NCBI GenBank assembly: GCA_031274525.1
Contig: JAISQA010000041.1
Coordinates: forward strand, 1 to 62,198
Reading direction: 5' to 3'
From: Candidatus Margulisiibacteriota bacterium
GTDB lineage: Bacteria > Margulisbacteria > Termititenacia > Termititenacales > Termititenacaceae
Length of the DNA: 62,198 nt
Part shown: in pieces, positions 28,101-34,492 of the stretch
Layout of the letters: each line of letters opens with the position of its first letter
Position numbering within the stretch: position 1 is the first letter of the stretch
Position numbers and translations under genes: made by a program
Notes under the pieces: model-generated
What the model saw: only the letters and a program-made list of their open reading frames with translations
The model's database searches: none
Told to the model about the DNA's origin: nothing

Positions 28101-31100
28101 CAAATCAGCGCGGCTGAACAAACTTTCCGGGTTGCAGATATTGCCCGGACAGGCCCACAAGCCTTGCTGGAAGCTATTTTGCCTAAAGACGTAAAGGGAG
28201 AGACGGTATTTTTTGTTTCCTGGACTGAAGATACAGGCGCCGCACGGCAAATTAACGGTGTTTATACGCCGCCGGAGGAAAAATCTATCGATTTGCGCGA
28301 TTGTACTGTACAAATGGAACGCATTTATCAAGCTATTGAACAGGCTATAAATCTGCCGCCGAGAAATTTGCGCAAATATCTGAAAGAAACTCTGGATTTT
28401 TATGGTATTGAAGCAAAAGCCATAGACAAAATTCTGAACTGGACAGCTAATAACAAGAATAATCTGAGCACGCTGGAAATGATCCACGGTACGGATGAAG
28501 TAGTCTGGTTTACCGCCGCACAAAAAGCTGCGGCGTCCGCCCTGAATGTTGATGTGGAAAAAGTGGAGGCTGTGCATACCCATCCTACTCGCGGCGCCAG
28601 CGCCAGTGAGAGTGATATTCGTACTGGCAGCAGCCATGTGCTCTTTAGAGATCGTACGGGAGAATTAATTTTTGTGCAGAATACAAAACGTGAATTGTAT
28701 GTGCGGACAGATGAACAGGGCAGAAAAATATACGCTCCCTATCCGACGATTGCTCAAGAATCGTCACCGACTATGCGCACGCGTGCGATAGATACAAGCG
28801 TGCTTGTTGAAGAAGTGGATGATCTAAAACCTGCTGAGACAGAAACAAAAACAAAAACTACGATATCTGGAGACGTGTCGGAAGATGTCCCCAGGACTTC
28901 CTCTATAGATGGCAATGGCGCACTCAAGTTTGCCGATCAGGCAATCGCAGGCCTAAGCCAGGATATTGCTATTGGCCTTAGTGAGCAGAGTATGCTGCCA
29001 AGCACGTTGCTGGGGATACAGGCTCTGGGTGAAGAACTGGCCAGCAGCGGTCGAACAGAGGAAATAACCAGATATAATGATTTTGTTAGAGAAGTGACTG
29101 CGGATCCATATTTATTTCTTTTGAGCGAGGAGATAGATAGATTAAAAATAACCGATCCTTCTGCCAAACTTGGGGCTACTCTGCAGGCTTATAATAATCG
29201 TTATCAGACTATTGCTGGCGCGTACAAAACGGAATTTGAAAGCAAAGGATTCAGCATTGGCAGAAGACTTTTGGATAGGCTGGATGAGACCCGCGGCGCT
29301 TTTCTGATCGGACTGGCCATGTCTTTGAAAGCGGAAATTACGGACAAAACACGCTCGGCAATGTCTTTTACCCAGAGAGCCAGTGATTGGGTAATAAATA
29401 TCCCTCAGAATACAGGCTTTGGCATCTTTTGTTCATTTAGGGACAATATATTAACAGATGCATCCTTAAAGCTTGTGAACTGGTTTGCCGGTACAAAACT
29501 GGTCGATGTGCCCACCCTGGCCAGGAATACTGTGATACCCAACCGCGATCTGCGTGCTCTCGGAATACAACCTCCAGCTTCCAGCCGCTTGGCCTATGCC
29601 AAAGGCTGCGGGCAGTATTTGCTGGCGGTTGCCCCGGCGCTTTTTGCGGCAGGTTTTGCGACAGAAGGCGTAGTCGCAGTAATGAATAATCCGGAGTATG
29701 AGAAACTGGCGCTCAGCGCTGATCCTTACGATCAGGAAATGTTTATGGCAATCTTACTTATTACCTGCATGACAGAAGGCGCGACTAATGTGCTTTACGA
29801 ACTGCCTACTATTTTGTCGATGCTCTTTCCGGCTCTGGCTGGCGCTAAAGGCGTAATTATTTCTCTGATACGTACAGGCGGCGGTGTTGCGGCTATGCAG
29901 GCTGGCGGAGCGCTTATCAGAAAAAATATTACCGACCCTTTGATCAAGTATGCTTGTGCCAGAATAGAGCAAAAACGGGCTGAAAATAGGGCCAGAGGCA
30001 TAGCCGATCCTCCGCCGCTCGGCCCGGAAGAAATAGCCCATAAATTTAATCTTTTGAGTACATATTCTTCGGTGGTCAAAAATACAATGAATAAGGCGGG
30101 CAGCGCATTTCTGACCAGATTTTTATCTATCCTGCCGCAGAAATCTTTAACTATGCTGGGCAACCTTGGCCTGAAACTTACAGCCAAAGGTCTGGGCGGC
30201 AAAGGCCTGGAAATGCTGGCCGGCAAATGCCTGGCTGTGGCCGGATCAAAAATTGTTACCAAAGTTATTCCGGTTATCGGCTGGGTGCTTGTCGGTATAG
30301 AAGCTGCAGATTGGCTGGCTGGTTCTATAGAAGATGTGTTTGCCCCGAATCCTATGAAACTAAGCGCGCAGGCCTATGCCGCTCTGGATAAGACAGTGTC
30401 TTTGCGGGAGTTTATAGATATTAATCGTTTTGACGGCGTGCAGTCCCTGCCCTTTGAAGTAGCCCAGCAATTAGAACGCGCCGGTTATTTTCAGCAGGTG
30501 CATGACCGGCTGATGGGCGAAGTGCCGGAGGAAAGTAAATATGAATTCGAAGCAATGTGGCAGGAAATGGTCGGAGCCTTGCACAGCGGAAGTATCACCG
30601 CGCTGCGGGATTTCTGGCAAAAAGCCTGGGTTATCGGTTCTCTGGGCCGGGTATTTGACACTTTTCTCAATGGTGGAGTGGGTGCCAATTTTGGCGCCAC
30701 TGGCGACGGCTATGTTGCTATTGGCGGGCGGGAGGCAATTAACAGCTCCTCCAAATTTTTTGAGGCGGTCATGACCGAAGCATTCAAATTATTTTATACA
30801 GAAAACGTAGACCGTTTTAATAGTTCGGCAGAGCTTTTAACCAGCACGGATGCGCGGGTCAGAGGCGCTTATGATAACTATCTGGGCTTGCTGTCCGCCG
30901 CAGACCGGGATAATGCAAAAATGGCCTGGGGCAGTATGTTTACTTCTTTTATGAGCAGAACGGATTTAACGGTGCCGATTTATCCTGGAGCCAGTCAAAG
31001 AAGATCTGCTGTGTCTCAGGTGGATAAAGAAGCGGCTTTCTTAGAATATATGCGTACACAGGGCATAACAATAGATGCTGCTGACTGGACTTGCACAAGA

Positions 31101-33827
31101 GTTAATACGGATTTGCGTACTGTCAGAACAGCGCCGCACAGTATTTCTGATTTGCTAATGCCCAATGGCCTCTTTGCCGCCGATAAAGATGCTTTTGTGG
31201 ACTTTGTGCAATGGCTGGCTTTTGAGTGCAAAGATGCGGATAAATATATTATGCAGTATGACCCAAATGCTTCTTCATACGTATACTGGGAGAACACAGT
31301 GCTTCCCAAAATAATTCAGCTGCTGAATTACAAGGGTCCTGGACGCAATGGTTATGGCCGGAGAGATTTAGCCGCTGATTTAGCCAGAGAAATTATTCCC
31401 TTGTTGTCCGGTGATAGTCTGTTCTTTGATATAGACGCAGCTTTGCAGAAATACCTTAATTATCGGCTTGATCAGGCCAGCGCCTTTTCCACGCAGAAAG
31501 ACCGCCAGACTCTCAAAGAGCAAGGGGCCGTCTGGAGTCTGTCCAGAGCCAACACCGCAAATTCCAGCGCATTTATCGAAGATACGTTAAAAGTGCTGGA
31601 TCACGTTTCTGGCCGCACTGTATTAGACACTGCGGAGCAAAATCGTCTGCGCGCGGTCATTGCTTATTGGGATGAACAGTCTGAAGCGGATAAAGTCTTT
31701 ATGCGTAATTATCTTACCGGACAAAACCGTGTTGCGGCAAATTTAAGGAGCGGCAGGATTGATTATGTGGATTTATTAGACAAGGTATCTGTGGGCAGGA
31801 CAACCCTGCAAGTACTGTCTGAAATAGATAATATGCGGGCTATGTCTATTGCCTGTCAGGTTAGCAGGGAGCAGAATGGATTTACTGCTGTAAGTTATTT
31901 TACCCAATTGCTCAAGTCTACAGACATTCCCGCTGCGGAGTGGCCGGATAAACTGGGCCTTTTCTTGTATATGAATAATTTACAGGAAGACAGTCTTTTA
32001 TCCGCTGGTCAGACTATTTTTATCAATATTGACGCGCTGCCTTCCTGGGTCATTAAAGAGGCCGAGCCTGAAATCAAAAAACGTCCCGGAGATGCTTCCA
32101 GAGATATAAGTCCTTTGGCTGTGGCGGAGACATTGCGTTTGGCCAGAGAGATTACCGGCACGAGAGAAATAAGAAATCACGGGCAGAGAGGTGCTGTTAT
32201 ACGCAGGGAACCAATCTACGGGGATTATAAGTATGCCTCCACGGAAAATTTATTAAAAAATATTGCCGATCAAGAAAGAGCAGCAGTTTATCTGCTCTCT
32301 GAACAAGCCAACAATAATATTGTGCGGCGCTTTGCTTTTGGCGGTACTCCTGACCAGAGAATTTCCCTGCAAATGACGGAAGGAACTGTTATGCGGCCGG
32401 CCAGAGTAGCTGCTTCTATGAGTAATTATAATAAAGTGCGCGGTGAAATGCTGGCAAGAGGCCTGATCGCTGCTGATATGCAGGCCTATGATGTTATACA
32501 GACACTAGGAGCTTATCAGGAATTTAGAACGATCTATGAAGACGCTGACCGGAAAGTGCCGGAAACCATAGAAACGCTCAGACCTCTGGCTCTTAAACTG
32601 GGAATTACTATTCCGCAACCCCCAACCGCGGAAAGTGTTTATAAAGCATACGCCGAATTGGCCTCTGCCATCAATGCCGCTTGCGGCAGGCCAGCGCTGG
32701 AAATAGATCTGCTGATTGTTGTTTTACAAATCAAAAAAAACATAGCTGAAGATACCAGGGTGAAAGATAAAAAATCCGCTATGTTGAACAGCCTGATCGT
32801 AATGGGTCTGTTTAATAACAGCGCGACGCTTGATTTAGCGGAAAGCATTGTAGCGTTAATGGACAATACTATACCGGTAGGGCCTTTGAATGTTGATGGC
32901 ATACACTCGGGCGCTTCCGGTGAAGAAAATCTGGATGCACTGCTTGTGTTAAGCGGCATAATTACGGCAACAGAGGCAGGCCGTCACAGAGATGCCTTTG
33001 GAGTGTCTATTGATTGGCTGTTCCAGCAAAATAAAATAGAAAATGCCTCTCCAGAAAAACTGACTGATCTGGCCAAAAATCTTTATTTGCTGCATTCTAC
33101 GCTGTCCAATTCCGGTAACTTATATCGCTGGAAAATAGAAGCTCTTATTCTCAGTTCGCCGGCTTTATTGAAAACAATGCTGGTGCATGGTTATAGTGTG
33201 TTTATCAAGGATGAAGTGGTTGATTCTAGACTTGGTTATAATAGTTACCGCCCGTCTTTGGAGAGAACTATTACGGCATTGCGTAATCAGGACCCTTTTG
33301 CCGTCGCTTGTGCTGACTATTTACAGACATTATTGGATACTCATACTGGAATAAAGGCTTCTCGTCAGACGGGGGCGACAGCAACTATTACGCAGGAACA
33401 ATGGGAAACGGCTGTTAATACAGAATTTACGGGCACAGATGGACCGCGTAAGGGAGAAAAATACAGATTGGTGAATGGACGGGTTTACTGGCATAATAAT
33501 GGAGTTTATCAGGCTTCAGCGAGTATAACCGTGAGAAATAATCAGTATTATGTGAATAATCAAGAATATGTTATTCAAAATAATCAACTGGCGCCTAAAA
33601 ACAGGGCCGTTTTATCTATGACTTTGGTTCTTGATGGACAGAGTGTTGCTGTATCGGGATTTGACGCTCGTTTGAGCGAAGCCAGCACCTCATTAAGGAT
33701 TAATGATCAGGAATATCCGCTGGGAACATGGGTTCCCGGCAGAAATGGCCGCCGGTTTACTTATAATGGACGGAACTATGTATTGCGCTATGAAAATGGC
33801 TGGAAAATAGAACGACTGAGCACCTAA
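19128..33827 (+). CDS. giant 4,899-aa multidomain protein with SF2/SecA-like ATPase motifs, a JAB/JAMM metallopeptidase motif and a TM cluster
   Basis: AAGGAG SD 8 nt upstream. The ORF is 14.7 kb and uninterrupted in roughly 35-45% GC DNA. Motifs are AGGGKT, DEFD, GLTGTL, NRGTDF, FRGPRFKLG and HTHPTRGASASESD. Confidence 0.85.
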   Translation: MSEIVSLPKYIPQSNELKINGEISRGEEARYGAALNAILADDNPLRVSMENSFNTENLTPLETRLLLVALLKTADFYNPDVLWFVQELLSVNGQDIQSLGLGQLKNAVVDLLDKNSPAVSAQIKSIAERIVTEHEQGLASSLDARTKAELKYFAGEVEIGKISQLEAFAVNFVETELLGMRFSREEVLDIAERITAGKKLSDSIKFALKAFAGDADLSTVSKLIEFANALEPLPEVSLAEVEQEEITEGPDIQETNEGHNAQPGNAPQRRAYRTRYTAPARYTPPESDDKPIIRYTLEELGEYIKENSSPISRTISAEYYEKFMTDGKIDPLKLVEYRSARYYPNFYARMMINYICGGDREILRAFNPDGSLNENPLTDNEKRGLHERAVAAGVLRGNYEQAQVIAKSLKVPLAMLENITDVLYVEKFKDTELYKLISWYKENDIPAPPELILRYASSAEVAELKEIKIWLGRPVKVPWPDGEQADLWELYKTQYQSYIKLLDDLNQLDCYISDVEYEEITFQSPDGRKVSDFVLSEVFSRFCAGSVYGDMKTILFDSTQMDIEKLMQLWSEYLEHIKTNRPLAEQMPGIDNLYKEPMRMPLPVDFIRFVFERVNFLSAESKASLLRSISLAGLNNFRLEEYNPVIEQITALGAPVMNSAEVKRYANSAFLEAASPYRIYGSLTLDQITRLLSGNRTVDVKKFLSPLTDNFLLNMRQALMLSDYEQGFREGASPDILVQKRQNYKTMQVFLQKYPSLYTIEHKSGEFQQELLVILKAMSSCAKNGALLLDYDSYFINSLANLIYIAAFTACDDEVQCDDFIKSVLPYMQDIETALQNIDREEYELHTIDTEGQRREGGDYATFKAILADILLYNEGGLSHIREYRAAIEENLKASLDVLSDVYSTVGYSKEDIEAFNQIVNTYLHLPQHPEILEQDIEEDIRIILLYIMKDVAPEESADTVISPTDLQRSALVRETIRFYEQTKKALANQEDNLTILMNILFNFIVILRQGIRAGQTLDLLNGGDSATYASILDAFVEDKYEELDTNGDGVVDTMNMRPESERTNPLADLEAYSENELRYFSGALYYGRDKLKNLTTYAEAKAFYTALAGLQPPPSGLETFGRNFAADFADRHRLWTYERHIEFLIAGENILTGLDKNTKEQLLKKLKLSDSFLHNKSINIISLLFLKSTSGNVYQTARKNTEAGLKNTLAQKAASAIDAVFQTAAGTDWSMTKEYIDEIYHTYDTYRRQDVTFKSLVNQLSTVKTINEGLMAGENLLYGGHGGIAINGGTDPYRKENENALATAAFTPYRKLIELAVRFNIQVPIYVYFTLPLDIVRDLCDFFSNLDSPDRWNALMNAGSRVVEMATWRMTIINWLKEFFEKMAAGQYLEAFCSLYVTLSIGQGLFKKTLDLVTLKSPKNAGLRLLDTCGRLLGRETVRHLNTKTLNAEIELLGKSPEAPELAAWKRAMQKLSGLSKYGLYQLTESAYKLDASVVRDRLDAVYKEAQKADAPMQERLYLGDLAANYPGPSEIKEATVNQAGAVVNGMATWGWFGVRKSFGLFSHGVNWAVSNVSVPALLKSANAGLFNSIEYNNSMNFFYNAGRKYIFRHGVSIGVGNHRVGFGLGNYGHFFNFSYGKHTGRFKKIRLFSPVTLNKTMIESAQERLTKYLDDYLRDEMERNPELESALKAQYFKEHPDVQSVSVEELLKYQADNLPVARIRELASEFWRGALLPDMRTELKANVEGVSVKDGKTVLEKTDAMDKVEPVSTQEIKDGFTITWRERIAGDSYETKTARISNWGEAKEQIERIMRSISSPADAKAALPDLLKLYSVAYHEANKLLSPPKDLTLLKSQMATDYEILKQCIDGKEIVAAQLVAGGGKTVTGIIGMRIMQNLMGKKDPATGRYIIEPAPIVYVVPQDSLLAEILEKNKDAHQLLKLLFDGDIGKGFDVIETVEQRMVPGRITYISLQTLFFKFISNPGSLPSSKIAYIWDEFDKYFFLDSDFISTQPRSDVPWIRQLSRTAVRHTLEKIAENIDKALGMENKNLFMEISKRIQDDPACRTPEDVLAKFPNWNSLPAVEQAYLKQIITAVYRARGLYYDQYPEHPKSRTNDVFRMAELDIDPKTGAVYMKPGGEIQKDLKMNYEDNIFLKLALDAIWKMDEGYFKKEEINIKKIELNISQINETLMKVGIPQLMHETAGRIIGLTGTLQESLSIIRPLLDQMSSLRGRSWDCFFFKSWETFPTFTLNKDNIVNFLRNPGSYTKEIADIYAKYAKDKTALGTFKLFVDNVRVNEPIIAGNKLYVTVGGEQIEYAYTERENKQYVTIGNKEYEYTGNILDVLLRAQLDALPPDIAGRPPSTPELKTVDYRGIYVSPDSKIPATRKDSLNLAAAETVKQIYEIDKNTGGITFKTTALLDWNMLNRADITILREALVAAVKDALGGKQTVLVDLDGKGQKSLSPKEFIDKVFLADIDAKGDPVKMSDIREAATRKGTILALSWANRGTDFGWKADPYIGVLGFTPLKANLVQTVFRGPRFKLGAVVDYYISAEDIGSYLNMREGYLDIKIDGQDVNLRNSWNSVQEQCRNVPAEEFFKQNPAFLNEWQNLQAQSVKAKAQDVEARRLLMAEFLRQNAEFAKYEWPRIQQAGKGKKDFDPINEFFRQHPDKLAAWQDLPKTYPETVFLNQHPELAAEWQKFQKQYYKDPVQEYLAKYEGHFELIEARKASAMNSINIDNLRDYSLIYAAGVKDFAEFYRLAMDKYIDVCISRFYFACPLGQKMTAETIKRGIENLRTALAEIGLWHVNPLFNGDYKRLVADLEANPLEARNIIRAFIQEQKGSLPDTNGPYRQEMLKALNYRSISEAISEKEMREFRRAGGDTGKYTGPGDDRKLVFDFKIAQTVLKPGRKTAVYTPEMLQNSNTLPSRIIVEVNSQEDLTTLKAYYDSLNFRQYPGLQRVFEQNIVIRLGQNMIDRTADIAQIFHIFDPSVQISAAEQTFRVADIARTGPQALLEAILPKDVKGETVFFVSWTEDTGAARQINGVYTPPEEKSIDLRDCTVQMERIYQAIEQAINLPPRNLRKYLKETLDFYGIEAKAIDKILNWTANNKNNLSTLEMIHGTDEVVWFTAAQKAAASALNVDVEKVEAVHTHPTRGASASESDIRTGSSHVLFRDRTGELIFVQNTKRELYVRTDEQGRKIYAPYPTIAQESSPTMRTRAIDTSVLVEEVDDLKPAETETKTKTTISGDVSEDVPRTSSIDGNGALKFADQAIAGLSQDIAIGLSEQSMLPSTLLGIQALGEELASSGRTEEITRYNDFVREVTADPYLFLLSEEIDRLKITDPSAKLGATLQAYNNRYQTIAGAYKTEFESKGFSIGRRLLDRLDETRGAFLIGLAMSLKAEITDKTRSAMSFTQRASDWVINIPQNTGFGIFCSFRDNILTDASLKLVNWFAGTKLVDVPTLARNTVIPNRDLRALGIQPPASSRLAYAKGCGQYLLAVAPALFAAGFATEGVVAVMNNPEYEKLALSADPYDQEMFMAILLITCMTEGATNVLYELPTILSMLFPALAGAKGVIISLIRTGGGVAAMQAGGALIRKNITDPLIKYACARIEQKRAENRARGIADPPPLGPEEIAHKFNLLSTYSSVVKNTMNKAGSAFLTRFLSILPQKSLTMLGNLGLKLTAKGLGGKGLEMLAGKCLAVAGSKIVTKVIPVIGWVLVGIEAADWLAGSIEDVFAPNPMKLSAQAYAALDKTVSLREFIDINRFDGVQSLPFEVAQQLERAGYFQQVHDRLMGEVPEESKYEFEAMWQEMVGALHSGSITALRDFWQKAWVIGSLGRVFDTFLNGGVGANFGATGDGYVAIGGREAINSSSKFFEAVMTEAFKLFYTENVDRFNSSAELLTSTDARVRGAYDNYLGLLSAADRDNAKMAWGSMFTSFMSRTDLTVPIYPGASQRRSAVSQVDKEAAFLEYMRTQGITIDAADWTCTRVNTDLRTVRTAPHSISDLLMPNGLFAADKDAFVDFVQWLAFECKDADKYIMQYDPNASSYVYWENTVLPKIIQLLNYKGPGRNGYGRRDLAADLAREIIPLLSGDSLFFDIDAALQKYLNYRLDQASAFSTQKDRQTLKEQGAVWSLSRANTANSSAFIEDTLKVLDHVSGRTVLDTAEQNRLRAVIAYWDEQSEADKVFMRNYLTGQNRVAANLRSGRIDYVDLLDKVSVGRTTLQVLSEIDNMRAMSIACQVSREQNGFTAVSYFTQLLKSTDIPAAEWPDKLGLFLYMNNLQEDSLLSAGQTIFINIDALPSWVIKEAEPEIKKRPGDASRDISPLAVAETLRLAREITGTREIRNHGQRGAVIRREPIYGDYKYASTENLLKNIADQERAAVYLLSEQANNNIVRRFAFGGTPDQRISLQMTEGTVMRPARVAASMSNYNKVRGEMLARGLIAADMQAYDVIQTLGAYQEFRTIYEDADRKVPETIETLRPLALKLGITIPQPPTAESVYKAYAELASAINAACGRPALEIDLLIVVLQIKKNIAEDTRVKDKKSAMLNSLIVMGLFNNSATLDLAESIVALMDNTIPVGPLNVDGIHSGASGEENLDALLVLSGIITATEAGRHRDAFGVSIDWLFQQNKIENASPEKLTDLAKNLYLLHSTLSNSGNLYRWKIEALILSSPALLKTMLVHGYSVFIKDEVVDSRLGYNSYRPSLERTITALRNQDPFAVACADYLQTLLDTHTGIKASRQTGATATITQEQWETAVNTEFTGTDGPRKGEKYRLVNGRVYWHNNGVYQASASITVRNNQYYVNNQEYVIQNNQLAPKNRAVLSMTLVLDGQSVAVSGFDARLSEASTSLRINDQEYPLGTWVPGRNGRRFTYNGRNYVLRYENGWKIERLST

Positions 33828-33976
33828 AAAAAATGCAACAAATTTCTGCTGCTTACGATATAATAGTGTAAGCGGTTTTATTAAAAAGGTAATTGGACGG
33901 AGGTGAAGCACTAAGCGTATTTTGGTTTCTGGAGTTTTGGTTAAAATAAAAATATACATTATGAAAGGAGAAAGTT

Positions 33977-34393
33977 ATGAGATTTTTAAATTGTCAGGTT
34001 TTTAGTGGAAGTAGTATTAGTACAGCAGCCGCTGCGGCAAATCTTGGTAATAAAGGCCCGGGATCTGAGGCGGCTGGTGGTGCCCAGAAAAAAGCACTTG
34101 ACACCACTGAGGTTCAGAAAATAGAAGGAGCGCAGGTTGTTGCTGGTAGAGGAGGCCGTTCAGCTGCTGGTCTTTCCAGGGTGGCTGCTCTGAATACAGC
34201 CAGTACTCCTGCCGCTGCTGCTGAGAACACCAATTCAGCTGCTGGCCTTTCCAGAATGGTTGCTGTAAGTACAGCCAGTGTTCCTGCCGCTGCTACTGAG
34301 AACACTAATCCAGTTGTTAGTCTTTCCAGCACGGTTGCTCTGAGTACAGCTAGCGATCCTGCCGCTGCTAATGAGAACAAGGACGCGGACTAA
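33977..34393 (+). CDS. 138-aa Ala/Thr/Asn-rich protein with three 25-aa tandem repeats
   Basis: AAAGGAG SD. It shares the MRFLxCQ N-terminus with the 1,020-aa protein. A terminator follows. Confidence 0.55.
   Translation: MRFLNCQVFSGSSISTAAAAANLGNKGPGSEAAGGAQKKALDTTEVQKIEGAQVVAGRGGRSAAGLSRVAALNTASTPAAAAENTNSAAGLSRMVAVSTASVPAAATENTNPVVSLSSTVALSTASDPAAANENKDAD
34163..34387 (+). repeat. 3 x 75-bp in-frame tandem repeat (AAGLSRVAALNTASTPAAAAENTNS-like units)
   Basis: Units start at 34163, 34238 and 34313. Confidence 0.8.
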
Positions 34394-34419
34394 TAACTGA
34401 TTTTTTGCTGTTCTCTGGA

Positions 34420-34449
34420 GGGCGTTCCATTATGGAGCGCCCTTTTTTT
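34420..34449 (+). terminator. Rho-independent terminator
   Basis: GGGCGTTCC-ATTAT-GGAGCGCCC stem-loop followed by TTTTTTT. Confidence 0.65.
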
Positions 34450-34492
34450 GGCCAATTTATGCTAAAATTATTTACAGGAAAGGGAAATTTTC

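Noticed and set aside
33828-33976. Promoter or terminator calls in the spacer after the giant gene (GCTTAC...GTAAGC hairpin, TATAAT at about 33870)
   Set aside because: The hairpin has only 6 bp with a weak U-tract, and no acceptable -35 lies at proper spacing. The evidence is too weak to report as a feature.
34114-34380. 88-aa minus-strand ORF opposite the 138-aa repeat gene
   Set aside because: It is the mirror image of the Ala-rich repeats. The plus-strand ORF has an SD, a shared N-terminal motif and a terminator.
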